Positions 27,221 to 40,962 of a DNA stretch of 64,000 nt are shown in pieces. The position numbers and the translations under genes are program-made. The stretch is from Lingula anatina. Its lineage: Eukaryota; Animalia; Brachiopoda. A model generated the notes under the pieces. That model saw only the letters and a program-made list of their open reading frames with translations. It was not told where the DNA came from and did not search any database. How positions within the stretch are numbered: the first letter of the stretch is position 1; each line of letters opens with the position of its first letter. Where the stretch lies: assembly GCA_051362555.1 (NCBI GenBank), contig CM120642.1, forward strand, positions 31,062,001 through 31,126,000. Reading direction: 5' to 3'.

Positions 27221-30200
27221 TGGGGTGTAAGGGTGTTCCGTAAACACGATCCGGACAATCACAGAAGCATGAATATTCGAGGTAGATTTCCGTCTCACAA
27301 TAAGCCTATGAGCCGGACAATGCGACCCTTCTTCCACTATCAAACATTACATAAACACACCCAATAAATAAAATAAAGGGTGGTCATCATAATGACGGTC
27401 GATGACCAGTGAAACTCAAAGTATATTAATTCATTGCACTTATTGAGGAGCATTCTAAAAAATTTTTTTTATTAAAAATCATTTTGTTTAAGGGATCACT
27501 GTAGCAGCGTTGACAGCTTAATATCCTAACAGATCTGAGCATTTTTATAACTGTGGTGCTTTGAACCCTGGAAGTATTGAAAGCGTCGGGTTCTACTCTA
27601 CATTGTAACAAGTGTCCACACAATAAGTAACAATCCGTTATTGCACAGCGCACCTTTCTCCAGTGCAGGGTGTTTGCACAAATATTCAATTTGCTTCACG
27701 CTGACCAGACCTATTGTTACTGACAGGTGGCTGAACAGTAACTCAACAAACAGTAGGCGCTCAGATACCAATATTTTAAAGGGGGGCTAACTATTCATAA
27801 ATGGGGGGCGGGAGGGCGCATAAAACTTAGCCCCTAGCATCATGCGCTTATGACTGACGTGCTTGAAAATAATGTGTTTGTTGGGGTCGAAGTCCCTTCT
27901 ACATCCCCCCCCCCCCCCCCACACACACACACACACACACATGTATCCAGGCTGTAATTTATATTAAGAACCACACCGAAAGCTTGGTCTATGTGAAAAA
28001 AAAACAGCTAATATTCCGAAGTGTCGGAATGCGTTCACGAAGCATATCATTAAAAACTATGACTGAGCATTTCGGGAGGTTGGAGATGTGTGGTTTCACT
28101 AGTCTCCAGACACACCTTATGTCAAATTCAATAAACCAAAATCAATAAGGTGGGGTACAGACCATAAGCAAACAAAGCCTAAATTGAAATATATGCCACG
28201 TTCATGTCTTAACATATACATTACACGTCATACTTACAAAATGATTCTAAGGCATATCTAGTGCCCTGTCGAAGGTAAAATTATTGTCATCTTCAGTAAA
28301 CTGTGCTCAACATAAAGAAGTACTCGGTCTTTGCGGCAGTCCTGACAATGTCAAACCTTTGCCAAGTCTCTTACTGCCGCCAACCCAGGTTAATGAAGCG
28401 AGGTGGCAACATCGTAATGACCCCGTTACATCACGGCGCCGGAATACCGTACAGGCAACATATAACAAGTCTCCCCACCAAGTAAATCTCCCTCCACGGG
28501 GAATGTCACATTATTCCGAATTCTTTCTTGTTGGGATCAAGATTAACAGTAGGCTACCGAAGTGGGATTATCCTGTACTGAAAGGGAACTCGTTCAGCAG
28601 AGCTACCTGATGTTTTATTATAAGCTCTTGACCTCTGATCTCGGCTAGCCAACGGGTGTGGTCAGTCCCAGAAAGTCACGGGCTCCAGTATGATGACACC
28701 CGTCGGTTCTGATATCATTATTTTTCCCGTTGAATAAAAAAAACTTACTATTACTACTTCAAACCAGGTACTGGTGTAAATGTAGATGTTAGTAAAAATA
28801 TTCTGGTCACTGCAGTCAATATTGTCTTTTCAAAACTGTTACTTTACAACCATGTATAAATCCTTCTGTGAACAAATATTGATACACGGTCTTAACTTCA
28901 ATCTCTTTTTTATGCAGCACTTTGTATTGGTACGGGTCTTTAGCCAGTGTAATCCTGCGCTTCACCATTTTGTTTCACCGTTAGCTGTGGTTTTCAGTGA
29001 CTTCCAGAGAGATAAGAGACTAAAACTAAATACATCTTCAGCCCTGTCTCTTACAAAGAGGGGAGAGCCTGCAGAAATACTGAAAAATTGCACCGCACCC
29101 CTCAAAACGTTCGACATGTGAAAGTGCTTTTGCCGATTTTGTGGCCAGATATTTGCCACTTTCAATTTCCCAAATTTATTACATTTCTATTATTATTATC
29201 AAGGTGTAGTATATGAATTCATAGCACGCGACTTACTCCACTTACAGGCGTGAACTGTCATATTTCAAATTGATAGACCTACAATCACGTCGTCAGGTGA
29301 CAGTAATGTGAGGGTTACTTCTCCCGCCTTTATGTTTTAACTCGATGTCTGTGATAAGAGGTGGTCCTCAAAAATAAATCTAACTGTCCATTTAGAATTC
29401 TTTCAGTCGTTCACGGACGTAAATGGACACTTGTTTAAATCTGCAATCGTCAGTTTAAGTTCAAAGATGCGCCAGATTTCTAGCCGAGAATGTCATGACG
29501 TCACTCAGAAAATATGAAACCGGTTTTTGGTGCTTTTAAAACAGCTCAATCAGTTCACTGTACTTTTCATACACAAAGATGGAAATGTTAGCCGGGTCAA
29601 TATTGAACTCTGGCGGATTTTTACCCGTTTTAACGACTCTACCGACTAATTGGTTTGAAGGGATTAACAGTGGAATATAGCCTATACTTACCACAGACCG
29701 GTTCACTCAACAGCAGCTCCTCCTATACTTACACTACTAGCTCTACATCACAGTCCCGTTTAACTCTATATTGGTATATAAAACTATATATATACTTACG
29801 TTCTAATATTTCCCCTAAAGGCACGCCTGCTTTATTTTATCACAATTTCAGATTACGCCAGAGGCTCGAGAGGTCCACAGTAAAGAATTTTACCAACTTC
29901 ATCACGCATTTAGTTGCTCCTAGCTAAGAGACGACTCTTAGGACCTCGTCCTATGAAACCAGCATTACAATACGTATATAAATCCTAATGCAGCAACGAT
30001 TATATCACTAAAACCTTTAGAAGGAGTACGATCAAGACTCAGAGTCTGTTTTAACGTTGTATGTAAGCCAGGCTGTTATTTTTTCACCATAAAGCCACAC
30101 ACAAATGCTAAATGCACGTGTAAATAGGCGTTTACTTTTCAATCATGAAGTACCATCGAGAACTTTCTGTTTGCTTACTTTCGTCCTTCAGTAGAGTAAC

Positions 30201-30927
30201 ATCTACCAAGTATTACCTAAAGTTCTTTGGCTGACTTATGGAGGACTGACGGACCTAGCTGCCGTCTGCTTTTCTCTCTTCTCTTTCTCCAGACACACCC
30301 TTACAATCCACGGCCCACACGGACCCCAGCGCAAGGTATGCCCCGTTTCTAATACCCACCTGCTATTCACGCAGAAGCCCTCCAGCCGATTTTTGACTGC
30401 CAGCGCTAACAAAACACTTTTGTGCTATTGTGAAAAAATATTTGATCATATTCGTATAAGGTCAAAGTCGATTGTTATATGTGTAACTCGACCTGAACGT
30501 TAAAAAGTGGTGAACTGGTATGAATTGGATGATTATACCCGCACGTCTTTGCGCAGTGTTGGGTTGTCCTGTTTTTCTTGCGTATAAGTGTAGGTGGAGG
30601 TAGGTAAAAGTGTATTTAATGGGCAGGCCTTGGTTTAATTTTGTTTCTTAATAGATCTTTCATTTTGCTATAGTGAGAGCAACTATGTCAACTCTCAGAA
30701 TACATAGTTCGTTTGAGACTGGAAATCAAAATTTTGATTTTGCACTACGTATAGGTTCTATGAGCATGCATAAATGAAGCAAGAAAATCAATTACAAAAA
30801 ATATTACATCTCGTTATCTAAGCAGGAGAACCTTTAAGAAAAACGCGGAATGGGTGGAAAAACTTGCCGTCCTTCTTATAATGGACCGGAGATGTGGTCT
30901 TCTTGGAGCAGCACAAACGGACTTTTT

Positions 30928-30972
30928 TATATAAAAAAGCTAAATACAAACATCGAGTGATAAAAATTTAAG
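30928..30972 (+). promoter_or_regulatory. Candidate TATA box and very short first exon for the downstream acyltransferase gene
   Basis: TATATAAAA near 30928, donor AAG|GTGAGT at 30972/30973, and a strong acceptor at 34334 upstream of the ATG at 34453. Confidence 0.4.
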
Positions 30973-33336
30973 GTGAGTTATGGAATGGAAACACAAAATT
31001 GGAATGACTAATTTCAAACACGTTTTTTTCCTAACATATCCTCATATTAAGTAGTCACCCATCCCCTCAAAGAAAAAAATCGTTTGTTGCTTACACAAGT
31101 TCCAATAAGAGTTATACATAGTTCTCAGAAACATTTAGATTTCACACTTATTTACAAACTTTGTGTGCAATTACATATAACCGACCTAGATTAATTTCTA
31201 CCGATTTATCGATTATTGCGCATCTTAAGCTGTGACCAGAGTTAAAGTGACTATCAAGTCATTTTACCTTCGTAGTGAGGTGCGTCGGAAATGTTCTAGA
31301 ACGTGTTGTCTGCTACTCGTTGCCCCCTCGTTGCCTCAGCGAATCAAGCAGTCTTCAAGACTCATATGCCTGCTGTTTCTGTCATTCTGAGCAGTTGTAT
31401 GGTATGTAGATAATTCCCACCTACCCTGATGTACACAATTGCACACTCATGTTCCACGGCAGCATGCATAATAAAATACAGGTATTTGTATTTCATTTTT
31501 AAAGCCGTGCAGCTAACAAGGTGCAGTTGGCATATAAATTTCGTAAACTGAACTGAACTGAACTGAATAAGTTACATAAATACCATCTATTAAATGTCAT
31601 TTTACGGGTGTGAAGTCCCATCCCACCAACAGCATAATACAACTAACAAATACCATCATAACACTAAGATCAATTGTATGAATTTATAATTGCAAAATCT
31701 GAAAGAAACAAAAATGACAGTTAAAACGCATAACTTTGAGATTGCAGTCTTTATTTTATGATAAAATGTTATCAACATGTCAAAGATAAGTCTAAACAAC
31801 ATCCACGATAAAAGACAAATAAAAAGATTTTGAAACGAATCACACTGCGAGTATATGCCAGGTATCATAAAAACTTTCGTCAGTATATAATATCTAGTTT
31901 GTGGATAGTTGTAAGTCTATTTCAGCAAATTTTCTATCAGTCATTTATTTAACATGTTTCTGCTGGTAGTAAATATTAAAATAAGCAGTATATTCGCAGT
32001 GCATATTGTTCAATGATTATGCAGACTGTGAAATATGATCTGAAAAAAAAAAGAATACTTAAAGACTTCGACCAGGTACAACTGTCGTATGTTTATAAAG
32101 AAACTTGTGCAGGAGAAATTACTGAAAACAACAAGAAAAATGGTCAGATGGTGCATGGGTTTTGTTTATGAAAATATGAATTTCTTCCTATAAATTGTGT
32201 ATGTATGTTCTTATGATTTTCTGAAAATGCCATTAGCTAACCCGCTTTCTGTACAAAACAAATCGGATTGTTATTATTCAGATTACTTATATCGTAAAAT
32301 GTATTTAAACTTACTCACTTAAAAATTTAACTTAAAAGACTCGAAAACCTTACATAAACTGTTTTGGGTAGAAAAGTGGCGAAAACTTGGTGTACATGTA
32401 ATACGTGGGAATTTAATGCACTTTTTTCATATTGCATATTTTGACAGCAAGTACATTAATTAAACCATGGAAAGTCAGACTTAAGACCGTTTTTATTTTA
32501 TTTTATTAATTTTTTTTATTTGAAAAAATATGTGTGGTGGAGAGGGGGTCCATAACATACGCTTATCACACACATATAAAATGCAATTTATTACAAAACA
32601 GTTAGGGCACTTACACGCACTTATTTTCAATTTTTTTAATCCATTTTTTAAATCCTCAAAAACCTTTCTACATTGCATGTAAGAACACGGGGTAGGTACA
32701 CTAGGGATGGGGGAAACATTGATGCCGTAATCTTACTATCGGACAGTAACAATGCGAGTAGCTAGAAACGATGCGGAAACGCCATTAAGATTTTAACCCC
32801 GACTTCTGACTGGAGAGTACGTATGTTTCACAAAATCACACTGTTTTTCAGCATTTTTGTAACAGACTACTTCTGTGATAAGGGAGTAGGGAGAACGTGA
32901 CTTGAGAGGACGTGACATTCACAATGACACAATTGCATCAGTTGAGCTAGTGTCATCTACCGTGGACGCTGCTGTCTCACAAAGGAAAGGCAGACCCCGG
33001 AAGAGACTCTTTGTGTACCTGCTTTCATACATTGATTTACATGTAAAGCTTTACTAGTGACGTTGGTCTTTCCGTCCACCTGAAATCCCACATTTTGACC
33101 CACATTTCCCTGTTATTCAGTAAAAAAACTGGGTTTCCAAGTAGAGCCATTCCATTAGCTGACAAACGCAGTGACGACCGATCTGCTTGACGTAAGTATA
33201 AATGTTTACGGCTGATGTATATCGGCAGCATTATGTGACGTTCAAATTAAAGCACTGACACAACCACGTAGGGCTGACCACAGAGGCATGTAGTGCATGT
33301 GGTAATAGGAAGTGATTATACGTGGTCACCTGAGGG

Positions 33337-33401
33337 CACACACGTACACACACGCACACACACACACATACACAGGTGCACTCACACAGGCCCACATACA
33401 T

Positions 33402-33436
<35 letters not shown>

Positions 33437-33465
33437 ACCACCACCACCACCACCACCACCACCGC
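33337..33465. repeat. Compound (CA)n/(CAC)n microsatellite
   Basis: Interrupted CA repeats followed by CAC triplets. Confidence 0.95.
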
Positions 33466-34452
33466 CACTACTTTTATAATAAAAATATTGGCGTTTTTAT
33501 GTAACCTTAGAATCCAAGATATGGCTGCTCAGTGTGCCCTCAATTAACATTATCATCTCGGGTGGCGATCAATAGTGATAACACACAGCGATAATCGGGA
33601 TAATACCTATGTAGCTACTAGTGCCTATTTAGAATGTCGAGACAGCTCCATACAAGCACTGTAATATGAATATTTCATAAAAAACATGCGCTCGTCATCA
33701 TCAAAGATAGGGTGGAGTGCGCCCCGCCCCCCTCTTCCTCCCATTATAATAAAAAATATGTTTATTCAGTCCCATCCTTCCTAATTTTATGTCCAATCTG
33801 ACCTCCGTTCATATGGCTTCATTCGATCATCATGGGAGAGAGGGTCGAAAAGAGCGACTTTTTCCACTACCCTACCCCTACCCCGCCTGCTTCTTTGGTG
33901 CGGTAGGCAGGCTGTGTCACGGCGGAAATCTGCTTACTAGATTTCTATTGAATCTAAACATGGATGGTCGTTTTTTTTTCTTTTGATTTCAATGTTCGTG
34001 ACATGGGGTGTTAAAGTGTTACGGAAAGGCAGTATGTTAATTTATATCTTCATTTATCAAATGTACCGTGATTTTGATCCGTTAGGCCTGCGACTTAACT
34101 CCGTCCGAATAAAGATACAAATATTGATGTCTTTTCCTCTTGGCAAATAGGATATAAATCACAAAGAATATAGCTATATTTTTTCTTCTAGATAAGGTAT
34201 CCACTGATTACCATAAAACTAATTTAGAATGAGTAGGCCTATCCGTATAAACAACATGTTATATCGCTACCATTTCCCTTTAACTCCTCAGTTATGTGTA
34301 TTTTAATTTATTTTTAGTTTTCTTCTTTTTTCAGGCAGACATAAATTAGGATAGGACCTAGGATCCCAACTCGCTCATTTCTCTTAATGCTCTGCGAGGT
34401 TTGCATGCTTCATTCCAAATTTTGACAATTGAGCAGATCAGCACCAATCGCC

Positions 34453-35879
34453 ATGTTCAGACGGTTCAGAAGAGAGAGGGACGAGCCACCTGATGGCGCT
34501 ATTCGCAAGCTGGGCTTTAACGAGGATGGCTGTGTAGCCCTTGGAGAAACTGTTTCATTTCCTGTCACATTTGCTGTGTTTCTCAAATCAAAAACGTAAT
34601 AACTCACGAGATGATGCTGAAATCGTTACAGGCCGTCACCCGAAAACACCCACTATTGAGAGTTAAAGTTATCAAAAATAGCGCCGGTTACAGGTACTAC
34701 GTCCCCATCGACAACTGGGAAGGTTGTCTCAACTTGACAACGAGAAAAGCAACAGATTGGCATCAAATTGCAGCAGAAGCTGGTGACAAGAAAATCGATG
34801 CATCAGCCGGTCCTCTTTGGTTTGCAGATTTGTTGGAAATGGAGGAGTTGGAAGGAACGGAAGACAAGAAGTCCTACGTTCTTATAATGGTTTTCAACCA
34901 TGCCATTTTGGATGGCAAAAGCGGTGTGTTCGTCATGAATGACATCGTACAAAATCTGAATTTAGCAGTAGATGGCTGTGTCGACCAAGATGAGGCAGAG
35001 ATATTACCGATAGCGCCATGCATGGAAGAGGCTTTGCCGCCAGAGATTCAGTTGGGGTTTTTCGGCTTTCTCAAATTGCTTTTTGTAATAGCCAAATTAA
35101 TGCGGAGGGGAGTAAATGAGTATATGAAACAGTATCCAGCTCGTGTCCAAAGAGAACCTGACGTGAAAATCGGGACTTATTTTTATGATTTTTCTATTCC
35201 AATGGCGCCCCTCCTAGAGCGATGTAGGGCTGAGAAGGTCACGGTGCAAGGGGCAGTCACAGCTGCAGCCTATATTGCACTTCTTCACGTCATAAGAGCG
35301 AAGAACCCTGAAATCACAAAAATCAAGATGGGCTCCAACTACATAGCTGACTACAGGCGATTTTGCAGGCCGGTTTTGGCTCCCGATTTCATGGGGTTTC
35401 ATGCAGTGGCATCGCTATTAAACCCCGTTGAAGTGACGAGCAACGTGTCAGACCCCTCATACTTCTGGTCCATCGCACGACGAGTTACAACGGAGATCCA
35501 CGAATACATCGGCGACCAAACCAGACCTATTCAGATGCTTCGACTAGCTAGCCGCCTAGTGAGCTACGAGAGTTTGGGAAAGAAAATGCCGGCACAGAGA
35601 GCTCGCGGAGAGAGAGCTGCCGATGCTTTTGGGGTGTCCAATATTGGCAACGTGGATCCAATAATGACCGCCGGTCAACCAGGGTCCAGCGTGGAGGTCA
35701 CCAAGGTTTTGTGGGGTACCAACGGAGCCAATATTTGCCCACCTTTCATGCACTTTCTGATGTCGGTGAGGGGGAAACTGGTGTGGACCCTGAATTGGTA
35801 CTCGAACATCTCCACTGAGGAAGAGGCCGAAGCGTATGCTAAAGAAATTCAAGAGGTCTTGAATCGCGCCATTCTTTAG
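34453..35879 (+). CDS. CoA-dependent acyltransferase (alcohol acetyltransferase/PapA5/condensation fold), intronless; frameshift near 34590 separates the N-terminal 47 aa from the 422-aa ORF
   Basis: The main ORF has KHPLLRV, GPLW, catalytic FNHAILDGKSG (HxxxDG), RCRAEKVTVQGA, FWSIARR and VSNIG. The upstream frame from 34453 reads MFRRFRRERDEPPDGAIRKLGFNE...VFLKSK, and one extra A in the A5 run at 34590-34594 fuses the two into about 475 aa. Confidence 0.85.
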
Positions 35880-38800
35880 CCTCAGTTTAGGTGCTCGTGG
35901 GATGATTGGCGTCGCATGCACCAAATAATGACATAGCGGTTACACCATTTGTGACACATCCTGGTTTTCGTTGCACCGTATGCACGATTTCCAGGAAGAA
36001 TGTAGCATATCTAAAGAAGCAAGTTTCCTGTTGACTGTTGTTTTAAATTTGGAAGAGTCCGCCAACTAATGTGATTTCTCAATTTCTGTAGCATGAAAAG
36101 ACTGAAAAAGGTCCACATAAACAAGAAATGTAAGAACGTTAACGTTAGACCATTTGTGTCCTAATCTCTGTCACATTCTGATTTTCTGAAGCACCATATT
36201 AAACCTCGATTTTAGCATAACAGACGCACATATTTGATATTAGACAAAATATTGATTTTTTTTTTTGTTTTTGTTTTTTCTGTGTTTTGGATGACAGGAA
36301 TGAAGACAAGATGGTAAACGACGTGACTGTAATGTGCATAGCCGCTGAAACCGACAACTCTGAGTCTCAGTTGGAATGTATGCTTGTAATTTTAATGTTA
36401 TACAGCGTACCCTCTACTTACCACCCATGCATGCGCTTACGTTGCCCCCTTTCCCAGTCCCTGCAAAGGATAGCCCTTTCTAGATCTCGAGGCTTTCAAT
36501 TTTAGCATCGTTTTCTAAAATTCCTTGTTTTTTATTGATTTTTTTTTCAATCGGACATGTCGTGAAGTGGAAACGGAAGAAAGTCGGCCTGTTCACTGTG
36601 TTGTTACTGCGTACGTACTTTACCTGTGACGATGCGATATTCAGAGTTTGTCGATGTTTTAAGCGCAAATAAATAATGTCTGTTATGCTATGAACAAAAC
36701 ATTTTGTTATCATATATTGGAAAAGTTTGTCTTTAAAAAGTTTATGTGTTCTGATGGCCAGACTTTTATTGTGATTATATAGTTTTTTATTCAATAATGA
36801 TGCTACACGTATAAATATTAATAAGATTGACTGAGAGATAATTTCCTGACACAGGCACTGGTCAAGTGTTCGCGCCAGCACACCAGTAGATGCATGTAGT
36901 GATATCAGCTTAAAGGGCAACTCCATAGATTTACCCGCCAAAATGGATATTCCGGAGAAATGAGCAATTTCTTCTTTTTCACGAATCATTTATCTTTCCA
37001 TTTCTGCACTTGGATTCGACCTTTAATTTTAAAATTTTAAAAATGTTGATTTAGTTTAAAATTACTGGCCAGTTATTATAACCAGCGACCGTCTTCTAAA
37101 AATATCAACATCAGGTACACGCCAGGAAAAATATTGAAGGGCTTAATTCGTCTTTAAGATGCATATTAATTTTTATTAGAAGATGTGGATGGCAAAAATG
37201 AGCACTCATCTGTGGTGGATTTTCAAACCCATAGAGTGTAACTTTAATCCACCCTATAGATCGTCGACTTTCGAAACTATAACTCTCAAGTGGTGACCGC
37301 TTGACTGAGGGACGTTTATAAATCATCTTGATATCGATAGCTTCATCAACCAAGATATTTTATTGGGATACCCTCTTCTACGTAACCCATTTACCCCAGT
37401 GGTTCCTCTGTCGGTAGTCTGTTCCGACTTTCTGTTGTGGAGAAATGTCCCAAGAATGTTCGCTCATTCATAAAACGGCCTCGATTAGTGGTAATTTATG
37501 GGACAAATTGCGCATTCCTGAATAATAGTAAATGCTCGCTTTGAATCGAGGTCGCTGTTTTTTTTTTTTTTTTTTCACTCTTGTGCAATTTACAGTGGTT
37601 ATACCTTCCAAGCCTCAGTTTTCAATAATGTGTTTATTTTTTTCTTAATTGGCGCGTTAGGCACCTTTTTAATGTATATTTGAGAGGAGTGCTTCGAGAA
37701 AGTGAGCCCCCGTGCTTGGGTATTTTCAAGAATAGATTTTCATCGTAGATTGTCTCTCTTTTTATCAGTTCACCCGGTAGGTGAAAGCCATTTGTAAAAT
37801 CATTCACAAAACTATATAATACATACCACATTTTAAGTACATAGCATAAACATAATTTTCTAAACTACATAGCCTTTTTCACATAAGTCAATAATGCTAC
37901 ATTTTAATTTTAATGTAAATCAATAAAAAACATGGCAACATCACAGATATAAATTGAAAATACTGAATATTGAAGGGCACCATGACCGAACATCTTTACA
38001 TACCTCACTACTTAATATTTACTACTTTACTATAAAATAATCCACTAATAAAATGTGAAATAAACCCTGTTTTAATGTCAGCTCAAACTGGTTAAATCCT
38101 ATTCCTCTTAAAAAACATTTTAACATAATTATTAATGCACCATTGGAAAAGTATGACACATGAAAATCATTAGATCTAGCCAGTAAAAATATATACTTTT
38201 GTTCTGTAGACTAGCTCGGCATAGACCAGATGTAGTCGTAGTCATTTTTAATTATAACTTAAAACCTACTCTTCTCTAGAGATTCCACTGTTTATAATAG
38301 AAAAAGTGCTAATTTATCATTAAATTAAATTTTCAATGTATCTTTTGTTTGGACATGCCAGTAACTGCTCCAGAATCTGACTTTTACTGAATTTATAGAA
38401 ATGCACTCACACAATATAGAGCTCAATAATAAGACCCATTTTTGACTCTATCGCATTTCTGAAGAATTGAGTGCCTTTATTTGTTTGTGTAAATTCAACT
38501 TACAACTTAAACTTCAACTAACCATTACAAATGTGATAAAGCTACATCCAGGTTTTCAAAATAAAACAAAAGTAACAGACAAGTGCACCCTCTCGTAACC
38601 AGGCCTGAGTAAAAATAATCGTGAGCACCTGTACAGACTCAAAAGTTACCAAATCAAGTCCTAGATTACAGTTAAGACTAGTTAGAAGAAATACATGTAA
38701 GTACTGTTCTGTGTGGAGCTTTAAAGTAAGGGACCATTCTAAATCACATGGTCAATTCTAGTAAATAACCTAAATGCTATCTAGGTTAAAAGTATACTTT

Positions 38801-39001
38801 CAAATTGGTTTTCTTACAGATTACATACTTTCATGAAAATAAAAAAACCATAATATCTTAACAAAATTAAGATAATCAAAATAGTGCCAACACAGAAATA
38901 AAATAATTCTATAAAATCACATTAATACAATAAAATGCTACATAATTTAAATAAAGCATACTTCATTAAAATTCTACAAACATCATCATCTAGAAAATCT
39001 A

Positions 39002-40807
39002 TTAACCTATACTAAAATCACACACTAGAGACAAATGATCTGACGGATAGTTGAAAGATGGCAGTTTGTTCACCCCCATTTCTTCTCCTGTGGGGAATTT
39101 TAACACTCTGTCTACTGTAACACTGGACTTGGTGTACCACATGTAGTCTAGGGTTTTACAGCTCTCACGAATGCTCCCTGTTGCTAATCTCCCACCTCGT
39201 ATCTTCCACGTTGTGTATGGGGGCTCGGTTCCATCCTCTGTAAGTTTAGTATATGCACTCCCAAAATTCAAGTCACTGTTTTTAAATGTAGAATAGACTG
39301 GTTCGTTAGGATCTCCATTGAAATCTCCCATAAATATAAGTGGCGAACTGCCAGCTATCTCTTTTATTTTTTTCAGTAGGTAGATACCCTGGAGATTACG
39401 GAACTCTCCCCAACCTTCCCTGGCTTTCAAATGTGTGACCCCCACATAAAATTCCTGACCAGAAGAAGACGCATCATCATGGTTGCAGTATTGCAGTTTC
39501 TGAATTATTGCCACCTGGTTGGTTGACGCATTTTCCTTTTTCAAATTGACATTGTGTATACTGATCGACTTTAGTTTCTTGGTATTATGAAAGATGGCGC
39601 AACCGTCTGGTCCATAGGACTCATCACAGTAGAGACAAGGGGAATCGGGCTTAGGGTAGAATGTTCCCTTGTAGCCAATGCTTTCTAATGCTGATTGAAT
39701 AAACTCGTATTGGTCAACTTCCTCCAGGCAGATAACGTCTGGTTCATAGAGTAAGAGTTCCTCAAGGATGTGTAAACGCCTGGGTTTCCACTCTAGAGCC
39801 TCTTTGGGACATTTGATGAAATTATCTGCACCCAGGCAAAGGGCTGAAGTAAAGACAGCATAATTAAACATTCAGTAGTAGACATTTTTTTAATGTATCT
39901 CTTCATAAAATAAGAAACAGATGTATAATGTTGAAGTTCAAAAAGAAATAACAGCAGGTAATCAAAATAATAATCAACAGGTTGCATGAGAGGGTAAAAC
40001 CTACCAGTACCAAACAGGTTTGGTGGGTCCAAGTGTGAAGTCATAATTTCTGTACATACTATTACTTCTATGCAGACAAATAACTTATAATAATGTTAAT
40101 CTCAGAAAGGTACAATTTCAAAGTTCAAGAATAAAATAGCAATGACAATATCTTTGTTCACATAACATACCCTGAGCAAGTGAATTCCACTGAAAAATCC
40201 GGACTTTAAATGGTGAGGTAGATTTTTGATCAATCCCCACTTGACCCCTGTCTGAAGTATTTTGTGTCTTCTTGCTGACATCCACAAACTCTCTCTTCAA
40301 GAGGGACGGGTATCCATTCAAAGTTGCCCGCACATACTGTAGAAGTTCCAGATGTGTTGACGGCGAGGTAAATTGTGTCTCGTACTGGGTGCTCATGGAC
40401 CTGTTCCCCATTTTTAAGACAAGTCTTTAAAGAAGCAAAGAGTTAATAAAGCAACATAGGACACACACACAGTTATGATTAAATGGATAAGGAAGGAAAG
40501 AAAATAGTAGCGTTTAAAACATTGCCCTCTAAATTTCTTTAACAAATATTCAACAATTATCCCAACTACCTGGGTATCTTTCATAAGTCTATTAATTTTT
40601 TTTAAGTCTATGGATATTTTTTTAACTTAGATCAGGGGATATTTGGTACTTGAGTGCATCTCCATACCGGGCACTTACCACAACATAGTTCGGGCAAAAT
40701 TGCCAACCGCAGTGTATGGATGTTATCTACCAAAACTCTATGTTACATAAGTAACCCAGATACAGATAATGTGCAGGTCATCATAACCTTTCACTGAAAC
40801 ACACTGG

Positions 40808-40900
<93 letters not shown>

Positions 40901-40909
40901 TGTGTGTGC

Positions 40910-40962
<53 letters not shown>

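Noticed and set aside
28284-28610. Overlapping 108-aa and 60-aa plus-strand ORFs
   Set aside because: Non-ATG starts and no family motifs; the region fits better as 5'UTR or regulatory sequence of the minus-strand NXPE-like gene.
32890-33325. Cluster of ACGTG (HRE/CRE-like) motifs upstream of the acyltransferase
   Set aside because: Five-base motifs in a CpG-rich region are expected by chance, and there is no other support.
36480-36989. 169-aa minus-strand ORF
   Set aside because: No recognisable motif, AT-rich composition and no supporting splice structure; likely a chance ORF or repeat relic.
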